64,000 nucleotides of DNA from positions 43,462,001 through 43,526,000 of the forward strand of contig OZ024756.1 in NCBI GenBank assembly GCA_964016885.1, in the 5' to 3' direction. This DNA is from Eledone cirrhosa. Taxonomy: Eukaryota. The notes beneath the pieces were generated by a model, which was not told where the DNA came from, searched no databases, and saw nothing but the letters and a program-made list of their open reading frames with translations. Numbering within the stretch: the stretch's first letter is position 1; the number at the start of each line of letters is the position of its first letter. The position numbers and the translations under genes were made by a program. Positions 47,260 through 62,990 of the stretch are shown in pieces.

Positions 47260-50200
47260 AGACAGACATGCGACACACACTAGAGACAGACATTAGACAC
47301 ACACTAGAGACAGACATTGGACACACACTAGAGACAGACATTGAAGACACACTAGAGACAGACATTAGACCCACACTAGAGACAGACATTGGACACACAC
47401 TAGAGACATACATTGGACACACACTAGAGACAGACTTTGGACACACACTAGAGACAGACATTGGACATACACACTAGAGAGAGATATTGGACACACACAC
47501 TAGAGACAGACATTGGACACACACTAGAGAGAGACATTGGACACACACTAGAGACAGACTTTGGACACACACCAGAGACAGACATTGGACATACACACTA
47601 GAGAAAGACATTGGACATACACACTAGAGACAGACATTTGACACACATTAGAGACAGACATTGGACACACACTAGAGATAGACATTGGACACACACTAGA
47701 GACAGACATTAGACACACACTAGAGACAGACATTGGACACACACTAGACACAGACATTGGACACACACTCACTAGAGAGAGACATTGGACACGCACTAGA
47801 GACAGACATTGGACACACACTAGACAGGCATTGGACACACACTAGAGAGAGACATTGGACACACACTAGAGACAGACATTGGACACACACTAGAGACAGA
47901 CATCGGACACACACTAGAGACAGACATTGGACACACACTAGAGACAGACATTGGACACACACTAGAGAGAGATATTGGACACACACAAGACGCAGACATC
48001 GGACACACGCTAGAGACAAACATTGGACACACACACTAGAGAGAGATATTGGACACGCACTAGAGACAGACATTGGACACACACTAGACAGACATTGGAC
48101 ACACACTAGAGACAGACATTGGACACACACTAGAGACAGACATTGGACACACACTAGAGACAGACATTGGACACACACTAGAGACAGACATTGGACACAC
48201 ACTAGAGACAGACATAGGACACACACTAGAGACAGACATTGGACACACACTAGAGACAGACATTGGACACAGACTAGAGACAGACATTGGACACACACTA
48301 GAGACAGATATTAGACACACACTAGAGACAGACATTGGACACACAATAGAGACAGACATTGGACACACACTAGAGACAGACATTGGAGACACACTAGAGA
48401 TAGACATTGGACACACACTAGAGACAGACATTGGACACACACTAGAGACAGACATTGGACACACACTAGAGACGGACATTAGACACACACTAGAGACAGA
48501 CATTGGACACACTCTAGTGAGAAATATTGGACACACACACTAGAGACAGACATTGGACACACACTAGAGACAGACATTGGACACACACTAGAGAGAGATA
48601 TTGGACACACACTAGACGCAGACATCGGACACACACTAGAGACAAACATTGGACACAGACACTAGAGAGAGACATTGGACACGCACTAGAGACAGACATT
48701 GGACACACACTAGAGACAGACATTGGACACACACTAGAGACAGACATTGGACGCACAATAGAGACAGACATTGGACACACACTAGAGAGAGACATTGGAC
48801 ACACACTAGAGACAGACATTGGACACACACTACAGACAGACATTGGACACACACTAGAGACAGACATTGGACACACACTAGAGACAGACATTGGACACAC
48901 ACAAGAGACAGATATTGGACACACACTAGAGACAGACATTGGACACACACACTGGAAACAGACATTGGACACACACACTAGAGACAGACATTGGACACAC
49001 ACACTAGAGACAGACATGCGACACACACTAGAGACAGACATTAGACACACACTAGAGACAGACATTGGAGACACACTAGAGACAGACATTAGACCCACAC
49101 TAGAGACAGACATTGGACACACACTAGAGACATACATTGGACACACACTAGAGACAGACTTTGGACACACACTAGAGACAGACATTGGACATACACACTA
49201 GAGAGAGATATTGGACACACACACTAGAGACAGACATTGGACACACACTAGAGAGAGACATTGGACACACACTAGAGACAGACTTTGGACACACACCAGA
49301 GACAGACATTGGACATACACACTAGAGAAAGACATTGGACATACACACTAGAGACAGACATTGGACACACATTAGAGACAGACATTGGACACACACTAGA
49401 GATAGACATTGGACACACACTAGAGACAGACATTAGACACACACTAGAGACAGACATTGGACACACACTAGACACAGACATTGGACACACACACACTAGA
49501 GAGAGACATTGGACACGCACTAGAGACAGACATTGGACACACACTAGACAGGCATTGGACACACACTAGAGAGAGACATTGGACACACACTAGAGACAGA
49601 CATTGGACACACACTAGAGACAGACATCGGACACACACTAGAGACAGACATTGGACACACACTAGAGACAGACATTGGACACACACTAGAGAGAGATATT
49701 GGACACACACAAGACGCAGACATCGGACACACGCTAGAGACAAACATTGGACACACACACTAGAGAGAGATATTGGACACGCACTAGAGACAGACATTGG
49801 ACACACACTAGACAGACATTGGACACACACTAGAGACAGACATTGGACACACACTAGAGACAGACATTGGACACACACTAGAGACAGACATTGGACACAC
49901 ACTAGAGACAGACATTGGACACACACTAGAGACAGACATAGGACACACACTAGAGACAGACATTGGACACACACTAGAGACAGACATTGGACACACACTA
50001 GAGACAGACATTGGACACACACTAGAGACAGATATTAGACACACACTAGAGACAGACATTGGACACACACTAGAGACAGACATTGGACACACACTAGAGA
50101 CAGACATTGGAGACACACTAGAGATAGACATTGGACACACACTAGAGACAGACATTGGACACACACTAGAGACAGACATTGGACACACACTAGAGACGGA

Positions 50201-53200
50201 CATTAGACACACACTAGAGACAGACATTGGACACACTCTAGTGAGAAATATTGGACACACACACTAGAGACAGACATTGGACACACACTAGAGACAGACA
50301 TTGGACACACACTAGAGAGAGATATTGGACACACACTAGACGCAGACATCGGACACACACTAGAGACAAACATTGGACACACACACTAGAGAGAGACATT
50401 GGACACGCACTAGAGACAGACATTGGACACACACTAGAGACAGACATTGGACACACACTAGAGACAGACATTGGACGCACAATAGAGACAGACATTGGAC
50501 ACACACTAGAGAGAGACATTGGACACACACTAGAGACAGACATTGGACACACACTACAGACAGACATTGGACACACACTAGAGACAGACATTGGACACAC
50601 ACTAGAGACAGACATTGGACACACACACTGGAAACAGACATTGGACACACACACTAGAGACAGACATTGGACACACACACTAGAGACAGCCATTGGACAT
50701 ACACACCAGAGAGAGACATTGGACACACACTAGACAGACATTGGACACACACTAGAGAAAGACATTGGACACACACTAGAGACAGACATTGGACACACAC
50801 TAGAGACAGACATTGGACACACACTAGAGACAGACATTGGACACACACTAGAGACAGACATTAGACACACACTAGAGACAGACATTGGACACACACTAGA
50901 GACAGACATTGGACACACACTAGAGACAGACATTGGACACACACTAGAGACAGACATTGGACACACTAGAGACAGACATTGGACACACACTAGAGACAGA
51001 CATTGGACACACACTAGACACACACACCAGAGACAGACATTGGACACACGCTAGAGACAGACATTGGACACACACTAGAGACAGACATTGGACACACACT
51101 AGAGACAGACATTGGACACACACTAGTGAGAGACATTGGACACACACTAGAGACAGACACTGGACACACACTAGAGAGAGACATTGGACACACACTAGAG
51201 ACAGACATTGGACACACATGAGAGACAGACATTGGACACACACTAGACACACACACCAGAGACAGACATTGGACACACACTAGAGACAGACATTGGACAC
51301 ACACGAGAGACAGACATTGGACACACACTAGAGACAGACATTGGACACACACTAGACAGACATTGGACACACACTAGAGACAGACATTGGACACACACTA
51401 GAGACAGACATTAGACACATACTAGAGACAGACATTGGACACACACTAGAGACAGACATTGGACACACACTAGAGACAGACATTGGACACACACTAGAGA
51501 CAGACATTGGACACACACTAGAGACAGACATTGGACACACACTAGAGACAGATATTAGACACACACTAGAGACAGACATTGGACACACACTAGAGACAGA
51601 CATTGAACACACACTAGAGACAGACATTGGACACACACTAGAGACAGACATAGAACACACACTAGAGACAGACATTGGACACACACTAGAGACAGACATT
51701 AGACACACACTAGAGACATACAGTGGACACACACTAGAGACAGACAATGGACACACACTAGAGACAGACATTGGACACACACTAGAGACAGACATTGGAC
51801 ACACTAGAGACAGACTTTGGACACACACTAGAGACAGACATTGGACATACACACTAGAGAGAGATATTGGACACACACACAAGAGACAGACATTGGACAC
51901 ACACTAGAGAGAGACATTGGACACACACTAGAGACAGACTTTGGACACACACCAGAGACAGACATTGGACATACACACTAGAGAAAGACATTGGACATAC
52001 ACACTAGAGACAGACATTGGACACACATTAGAGACAGACATTGGACACACACTAGAGATAGACATTGGACACACACTAGAGACAGACATTAGACACACAC
52101 TAGAGACAGACATTGGACACACACTAGACACAGACATTGGACACACACACACTAGAGAGAGACATTGGACACGCACTAGAGACAGACATTGGACACACAC
52201 TAGACAGGCATTGGACACACACTAGAGAGAGACATTGGACACACACTAGAGACAGACATTGGACACACACTAGAGACAGACATCGGACACACACTAGAGA
52301 CAGACATTGGACACACACTAGAGACAGACATTGGACACACACTAGAGAGAGATATTGGACACACACAAGACGCAGACATCGGACACACGCTAGAGACAAA
52401 CATTGGACACACACACTAGAGAGAGATATTGGACACGCACTAGAGACAGACATTGGACACACACTAGACAGACATTGGACACACACTAGAGACAGACATT
52501 GGACACACACTAGAGACAGACATTGGACACACACTAGAGACAGACATTGGACACACACTAGAGACAGACATTGGACACACACTAGAGACAGACATAGGAC
52601 ACACACTAGAGACAGACATTGGACACACACTAGAGACAGACATTGGACACACACTAGAGACAGACATTGGACACACACTAGAGACAGATATTAGACACAC
52701 ACTAGAGACAGACATTGGACACACACTAGAGACAGACATTGGACACACACTAGAGACAGACATTGGAGACACACTAGAGATAGACATTGGACACACACTA
52801 GAGACAGACATTGGACACACACTAGAGACAGACATTGGACACACACTAGAGACGGACATTAGACACACACTAGAGACAGACATTGGACACACTCTAGTGA
52901 GAAATATTGGACACACACACTAGAGACAGACATTGGACACACACTAGAGACAGACATTGGACACACACTAGAGAGAGATATTGGACACACACTAGACGCA
53001 GACATCGGACACACACTAGAGACAAACATTGGACACACACACTAGAGAGAGACATTGGACACGCACTAGAGACAGACATTGGACACACACTAGAGACAGA
53101 CATTGGACACACACTAGAGACAGACATTGGACGCACAATAGAGACAGACATTGGACACACACTAGAGAGAGACATTGGACACACACTAGAGACAGACATT

Positions 53201-54500
53201 GGACACACACTACAGACAGACATTGGACACACACTAGAGACAGACATTGGACACACACTAGAGACAGACATTGGACACACACAAGAGACAGATATTGGAC
53301 ACACACTAGAGACAGACATTGGACACACACACTGGAAACAGACATTGGACACACACACTAGAGACAGACATTGGACACACACACTAGAGACAGCCATTGG
53401 ACATACACACCAGAGAGAGACATTGGACACACACTAGACAGACATTGGACACACACTAGAGAAAGACATTGGACACACACTAGAGACAGACATTGGACAC
53501 ACACTAGAGACAGACATTGGACACACACTAGAGACAGACATTGGACACACACTAGAGACAGACATTAGACACACACTAGAGACAGACATTGGACACACAC
53601 TAGAGACAGACATTGGACACACACTAGAGACAGACATTGGACACACACTAGAGACAGACATTGGACACACTAGAGACAGACATTGGACACACACTAGATA
53701 CAGACATTGGACACACACTAGACACACACACCAGAGACAGACATTGGACACACGCTAGAGACAGACATTGGACACACACTAGAGACAGACATTGGACACA
53801 CACTAGAGACAGACATTGGACACACACTAGTGAGAGACATTGGACACACACTAGAGACAGACACTGGACACACACTAGAGACAGACATTGGACACACACT
53901 AGAGACAGACATTGGACACACATGAGAGACAGACATTGGACACACACTAGACACACACACCAGAGACAGACATTGGACACACACTAGAGACAGACATTGG
54001 ACACACACGAGAGACAGACATTGGACACACACTAGAGACAGACATTGGACACACACTAGACAGACATTGGACACACACTAGAGACAGACATTGGACACAC
54101 ACTAGAGACAGACATTAGACACATACTAGAGACAGACATTGGACACACACTAGAGACAGACATTGGACACACACTAGAGACAGACATTGGACACACACTA
54201 GAGACAGACATTGGACACACACTAGAGACAGACATTGGACACACACTAGAGACAGATATTAGACACACACTTGAGACAGACATTGGACACACACTAGAGA
54301 CAGACATTGAACACACACTAGAGACAGACATTGGACACACACTAGAGACAGACATAGAACACACACTAGAGACAGACATTGGACACACACTAGAGACAGA
54401 CATTAGACACACACTAGAGACATACATTGGACACACACTAGAGACAGACAATGGACACACACTAGAGACAGACATTGGACACACACTAGAGACAGACATT
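47260..54500 (+). repeat. Overlapping duplications with offsets 1724 bp and 2656/2704 bp
   Basis: +1724: 47548/49272, 48084/49808, 48514/50238. +2656: 49272/51928, 49808/52464, 50238/52894. +2704 (two extra monomers): 50654/53358, 51352/54056. Confidence 0.85.
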
Positions 54501-56524
54501 GGACACACTAGAGAAAGACATTGGACACACACTAGAGACAGACATTGGACACACACTAGACACACACACCAGAGACAGACATTGGACACACACTAGAGAC
54601 AGACATTGGACACACACTAGGGATAGACATTGGACACAAACTAGAGACAGACATTGGACACACACTAGAGACAGACATTGGACACACACTAGTGAGAGAC
54701 ATTGGACACACACTAGAGACAGACATTGGACACACACTAGACAGACATTGGACAAACATGAGAGACAGACATTGGACACACACTAGACACACACACCAGA
54801 GACAGACATTGGACACACACTAGAGACAGACATTGGACACACACGAGAGACAGACATTGGACACACACTAGAGACAGACATTGGACACACACTAGAGACA
54901 GACATTAAACACACACTAGAGACAGACATTGGACACACACTAGAGACAGACATTGGACACACAGTAGAGAGAGATATTGGACACACACACTAGAGACAGA
55001 CATTGGACACACACTAGAGACAGACATTGAACACACACTTGAGACAGACATTGGACACAGACTAGAGACAGACGTTGGACACACACGCTAGAGACAGACA
55101 TTGGACACACACTAGAGACAGACATTGGACACACACTAGAGACAGACATTGGACACACACTAGAGACATACATTGGACACACACTATAGACAGACATTGG
55201 ATACACACTAGAGACAGACATTGGACACACACTAGAGACAGACATTGGACACACACTAGTGAGAGACATTGGACACACACTAGAGACAGACATTAGACAC
55301 ACACTAGAGACAGACATTAGACACACACTAGAGACAGACATTCGAAACACACTAGAGACAGACATTCGACACACACTAGAGACAGACATTCGACACACAC
55401 TAGAGACAGACATTAGACACACACTAGAGACAGACATTGGACACACTAGAGACATACATTGGACAAACACTAGAGACAGACATTGGACACACACTAGTGA
55501 GAGACATTGGACACACACTAGAGACAGACATTGGACACACACTAGAGACAAACATTGGACACACACACTAGAGAGAGACATTGGACACGCACTAGAGACA
55601 GACATTAGACACACACTAGACAGACATTGGACACACATTACAGACAGACATTGGACACACACTAGAGACAGACATTGGACACATACTAGAGACAGACATT
55701 ATACACACACACCAGAGACAGACATTGGACACACACTAGAGACAGACATTGGACACACACTAGAGACAGACATTGGACACACACTAGAGACAGACATGCG
55801 ACACACACTAGAGACAGACATTAGACACACACTAGAGACAGACATTGGACACACACTAGAGACAGACATTGGAGACTCACTAGAGACAGACATTAGACCC
55901 ACACTAGAGACAGACATTGGACACACACTAGAGACATACATTGGACACACACTAGAGACAGACTTTGGACACACACTAGAGACAGACATTGGACATACAT
56001 ACTAGAGAGAGATATTGGACACACACACTAGAGACAGACATTGGACACACACTAGAGAGAGACATTGGACACACACTAGAGACAGACTTTGGACACACAC
56101 CAGAGACAGACATTGGACATACACACTAGAGAAAGACATTGGACATACACACTAGAGACAGACATTGGACACACATTAGAGACAGACATTGGACACACAC
56201 TAGAGATAGACATTGGACACACACTAGAGACAGACATTAGACACACACTAGAGACAGACATTGGACACACACTAGACACAGACATTGGACACACACACTA
56301 GAGAGAGACATTGGACACGCACTAGAGACAGACATTGGACACACACTAGACAGGCATTGGACACACACTAGAGAGAGACATTGGACACACACTAGAGACA
56401 GACATTGGACACACACTACAGACAGACATCGGACACACACTAGAGACAGACATTGGACACACACTAGAGACAGACATTGGACACACACTAGAGAGAGATA
56501 TTGGACACACACAAGACGCAGACA

Positions 56525-59500
56525 TCGGACACACGCTAGAGACAAATATTGGACACACACACTAGAGAGAGATATTGGACACGCACTAGAGACAGACATT
56601 GGACACACACTAGACAGACATTGGACACACACTAGAGACAGACATTGGACACACACTAGAGACAGACATTGGACACACACTAGAGACAGACATTGGACAC
56701 ACACTAGAGACAGACATTGGACACACACTAGAGACAGACATAGGACACACACTAGAGACAGACATTGGACACACACTAGAGACAGACATTGGACACACAC
56801 TAGAGACAGACATTGGACACACACTAGAGACAGATATTAGACACACACTAGAGACAGACATTGGACACACACTAGAGACAGACATTGGACACACACTAGA
56901 GACAGACATTGGAGACACACTAGAGATAGACATTGGACACACACTAGAGACAGACATTGGACACACACTAGACACAGACATTGGACACACACTAGAGACG
57001 GACATTAGACACACACTAGAGACAGACATTGGACACACTCTAGTGAGAAATATTGGACACACACACTAGAGACAGACATTGGAGACACACTAGAGACAGA
57101 CATTGGACACACACTAGAGACAGACGTCGGACACACACTAGAGAGAGACATTGGACACACACTAGAGACAGACATTGGACACACACTAGAGAGAGATATT
57201 GGACACACACTAGACGCAGACATCGGACACACACTAGAGACAAACATTGGACACACACACTAGAGAGAGACATTGGACACGCACTAGAGACAGACATTGG
57301 ACACACACTAGAGACAGACATTGGACACACACTAGAGACAGACATTGGACGCACAATAGAGACAGACATTGGACACACACTACAGACAGACATTGGACAC
57401 ACACTAGAGACAGACATTGGACACACACTAGAGACAGACATTGGACACACACTAGAGACAGACATTGGACACACACTAGAGACAGACATTGGACACACAC
57501 AAGAGACAGATATTGGACACACACTAGAGACAGACATTGGACACACACACTGGAAACAGACATTGGACACACACACTAGAGACAGACATTGGACACACAC
57601 ACTAGAGACAGCCATTGGACATACACACCAGAGAGAGACATTGGACACACACTAGACAGACATTGGACACACACTAGAGAAAGACATTGGACACACACTA
57701 GAGACAGACATTGGACACACACTAGAGACAGACATTGGACACACACTAGAGACAGACATTGGACACACACTAGAGACAGACATTAGACACACACTAGAGA
57801 CAGACATTGGACACACACTAGAGACAGACATTGGACACACACTAGAGACAGACATTGGACACACACTAGAGACAGACATTGGACACACTAGAGACAGACA
57901 TTGGACACACACTAGAGACAGACATTGGACACACACTAGACACACACACCAGAGACAGACATTGGACACACGCTAGAGACAGACATTGGACACACACTAG
58001 AGACAGACATTGGACACACACTAGAGACAGACATTGGACACACACTAGTGAGAGACATTGGACACACACTAGAGACAGACATTGGACACACACTAGAGAC
58101 AGACATTGGACACACACTAGAGTCAGACATTGGACACACATGAGAGACAGACATTGGACACACACTAGACACACACACCAGAGACAGACATTGGACACAC
58201 ACTAGAGACAGACATTGGACACACACGAGAGACAGACATTGGACACACACTAGAGACAGACATTGGACACACACTAGACAGACATTGGACACACACTAGA
58301 GACAGACATTGGACACACACTAGAGACAGACATTAGACACATACTAGAGACAGACATTGGACACACACTAGAGACAGACATTGGACACACACTAGAGACA
58401 GACATTGGACACACACTAGAGACAGACATTGGACACACACTAGAGACAGACATTGGACACACACTAGAGACAGATATTAGACACACACTAGAGACAGACA
58501 TTGGACACACACTAGAGACAGACATTGAACACACACTAGAGAGAGACATTGGACACACACTAGAGACAGACATAGAACACACACTAGAGACAGACATTGG
58601 ACACACACTAGAGACAGACATTGGACACACACTAGAGACAGACATTGGACACACACTAGAGAGAGATATTGGACACACACAAGACGCAGACATCGGACAC
58701 ACGCTAGAGACAAACATTGGACACACACACTAGAGAGAGACATTGGACACGCACTAGAGACAGACATTGGACACACACTAGACAGACATTGGACACACAC
58801 TAGAGACAGACATTGGACACACACTAGAGACAGACATTGGACACACACTAGAGACAGACATTGGACACACACTAGAGACAGACATTGGACACACACTAGA
58901 GACAGACATAGGACACACACTAGAGACAGACATTGGACACACACTAGAGACAGACATTGGACACACATTAGAGACAGACATTGGACACACACTAGAGACA
59001 GATATTAGACACACACTAGAGACAGACATTGGACACACACTAGAGACAGACATTGGACACACACTAGAGACAGACATTGGAGACACACTAGAGATAGAGA
59101 TTGGACACACACTAGAGACAGACATTGGACACACACTAGAGACAGACATTGGACACACACTAGAGACGGACATTAGACACACACTAGAGACAGACATTGG
59201 ACACACTCTAGTGAGAAATATTGGACACACACACTAGAGACAGACATTGGAGACACACTAGAGACAGACATTGGACACACACTAGAGACAGACGTCGGAC
59301 ACACACTAGAGAGAGACATTGGACACACACTAGAGACAGACATTGGACACACACTAGAGAGAGATATTGGACACACACTAGACGCAGACATCGGACACAC
59401 ACTAGAGACAAACATTGGACACACACACTAGAGAGAGACATTGGACACGCACTAGAGACAGACATTGGACACACACTAGAGACAGACATTGGACACACAC

Positions 59501-62500
59501 TAGAGACAGACATTGGACGCACAATAGAGACAGACATTGGACACACACTAGAGAGAGACATTGGACACACACTTGAGACAGACATTGGACACACACTAGA
59601 GACAGACATTAAACACACACTAGAGACAGACATTGGACACACACTAGAGACAGACTTGGACACACACTAGAGACAGACATTGGACACACACTAGAGACAG
59701 ACATTGGACACACACTAGAGAGAGATATTGGACACACACACTAGAGACAGACATTGGACACACGCTAGAGACAAATATTGGACACACACACTAGAGAGAG
59801 ATATTGGACACGCACTAGAGACAGACATTGGACACACACTAGACAGACATTGGACACACACTAGAGACAGACATTGGACACACACTAGAGACAGACATTG
59901 GACACACACTAGAGACAGACATTGGACACACACTAGAGACAGACATTGGACACACACTAGAGACAGACATAGGACACACACTAGAGACAGACATTGGACA
60001 CACACTAGAGACAGACATTGGACACACACTAGAGACAGACATTGGACACACACTAGAGACAGATATTAGACACACACTAGAGACAGACATTGGACACACA
60101 CTAGAGACAGACATTGGACACACACTAGAGACAGACATTGGAGACACACTAGAGATAGACATTGGACACACACTAGAGACAGACATTGGACACACACTAG
60201 ACACAGACATTGGACACACACTAGAGACGGACATTAGACACACACTAGAGACAGACATTGGACACACTCTAGTGAGAAATATTGGACACACACACTAGAG
60301 ACAGACATTGGAGACACACTAGAGACAGACATTGGACACACACTAGAGACAGACGTCGGACACACACTAGAGAGAGACATTGGACACACACTAGAGACAG
60401 ACATTGGACACACACTAGAGAGAGATATTGGACACACACTAGACGCAGACATCGGACACACACTAGAGACAAACATTGGACACACACACTAGAGAGAGAC
60501 ATTGGACACGCACTAGAGACAGACATTGGACACACACTAGAGACAGACATTGGACACACACTAGAGACAGACATTGGACGCACAATAGAGACAGACATTG
60601 GACACACACTACAGACAGACATTGGACACACACTAGAGACAGACATTGGACACACACTAGAGACAGACATTGGACACACACTAGAGACAGACATTGGACA
60701 CACACTAGAGACAGACATTGGACACACACAAGAGACAGATATTGGACACACACTAGAGACAGACATTGGACACACACACTGGAAACAGACATTGGACACA
60801 CACACTAGAGACAGACATTGGACACACACACTAGAGACAGCCATTGGACATACACACCAGAGAGAGACATTGGACACACACTAGACAGACATTGGACACA
60901 CACTAGAGAAAGACATTGGACACACACTAGAGACAGACATTGGACACACACTAGAGACAGACATTGGACACACACTAGAGACAGACATTGGACACACACT
61001 AGAGACAGACATTAGACACACACTAGAGACAGACATTGGACACACACTAGAGACAGACATTGGACACACACTAGAGACAGACATTGGACACACACTAGAG
61101 ACAGACATTGGACACACTAGAGACAGACATTGGACACACACTAGAGACAGACATTGGACACACACTAGACACACACACCAGAGACAGACATTGGACACAC
61201 GCTAGAGACAGACATTGGACACACACTAGAGACAGACATTGGACACACACTAGAGACAGACATTGGACACACACTAGTGAGAGACATTGGACACACACTA
61301 GAGACAGACATTGGACACACACTAGAGACAGACATTGGACACACACTAGAGTCAGACATTGGACACACATGAGAGACAGACATTGGACACACACTAGACA
61401 CACACACCAGAGACAGACATTGGACACACACTAGAGACAGACATTGGACACACACGAGAGACAGACATTGGACACACACTAGAGACAGACATTGGACACA
61501 CACTAGACAGACATTGGACACACACTAGAGACAGACATTGGACACACACTAGAGACAGACATTAGACACATACTAGAGACAGACATTGGACACACACTAG
61601 AGACAGACATTGGACACACACTAGAGACAGACATTGGACACACACTAGAGACAGACATTGGACACACACTAGAGACAGACATTGGACACACACTAGAGAC
61701 AGATATTAGACACACACTAGAGACAGACATTGGACACACACTAGAGACAGACATTGAACACACACTAGAGAGAGACATTGGACACACACTAGAGACAGAC
61801 ATAGAACACACACTAGAGACAGACATTGGACACACACTAGAGACAGACATTGGACACACACTAGAGACAGACATTGGACACACACTAGAGAGAGATATTG
61901 GACACACACAAGACGCAGACATCGGACACACGCTAGAGACAAACATTGGACACACACACTAGAGAGAGACATTGGACACGCACTAGAGACAGACATTGGA
62001 CACACACTAGACAGACATTGGACACACACTAGAGACAGACATTGGACACACACTAGAGACAGACATTGGACACACACTAGAGACAGACATTGGACACACA
62101 CTAGAGACAGACATTGGACACACACTAGAGACAGACATAGGACACACACTAGAGACAGACATTGGACACACACTAGAGACAGACATTGGACACACATTAG
62201 AGACAGACATTGGACACACACTAGAGACAGATATTAGACACACACTAGAGACAGACATTGGACACACACTAGAGACAGACATTGGACACACACTAGAGAC
62301 AGACATTGGAGACACACTAGAGATAGAGATTGGACACACACTAGAGACAGACATTGGACACACACTAGAGACAGACATTGGACACACACTAGAGACGGAC
62401 ATTAGACACACACTAGAGACAGACATTGGACACACTCTAGTGAGAAATATTGGACACACACACTAGAGACAGACATTGGAGACACACTAGAGACAGACAT

Positions 62501-62990
62501 TGGACACACACTAGAGACAGACGTCGGACACACACTAGAGAGAGACATTGGACACACACTAGAGACAGACATTGGACACACACTAGAGAGAGATATTGGA
62601 CACACACTAGACGCAGACATCGGACACACACTAGAGACAAACATTGGACACACACACTAGAGAGAGACATTGGACACGCACTAGAGACAGACATTGGACA
62701 CACACTAGAGACAGACATTGGACACACACTAGAGACAGACATTGGACGCACAATAGAGACAGACATTGGACACACACTAGAGAGAGACATTGGACACACA
62801 CTTGAGACAGACATTGGACACACACTAGAGACAGACATTATACACACACTAGAGACAGACATTGGACACACACTAGAGACAGACTTGGACACACACTAGA
62901 GACAGACATTGGACACACACTAGAGACAGACATTGGACACACACTAGAGAGAGATATTGGACACACACACTAGAGACAGACATTGGACAC
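56525..62990 (+). repeat. Near-perfect tandem duplication, period 3229 bp
   Basis: Marker ACAAATATTGG at about 56542 and 59771. ORF pairs 56610/59839, 57040/60269, 57866/61095, 58274/61503, 58778/62007 and 59208/62437 are all +3229. Confidence 0.92.
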
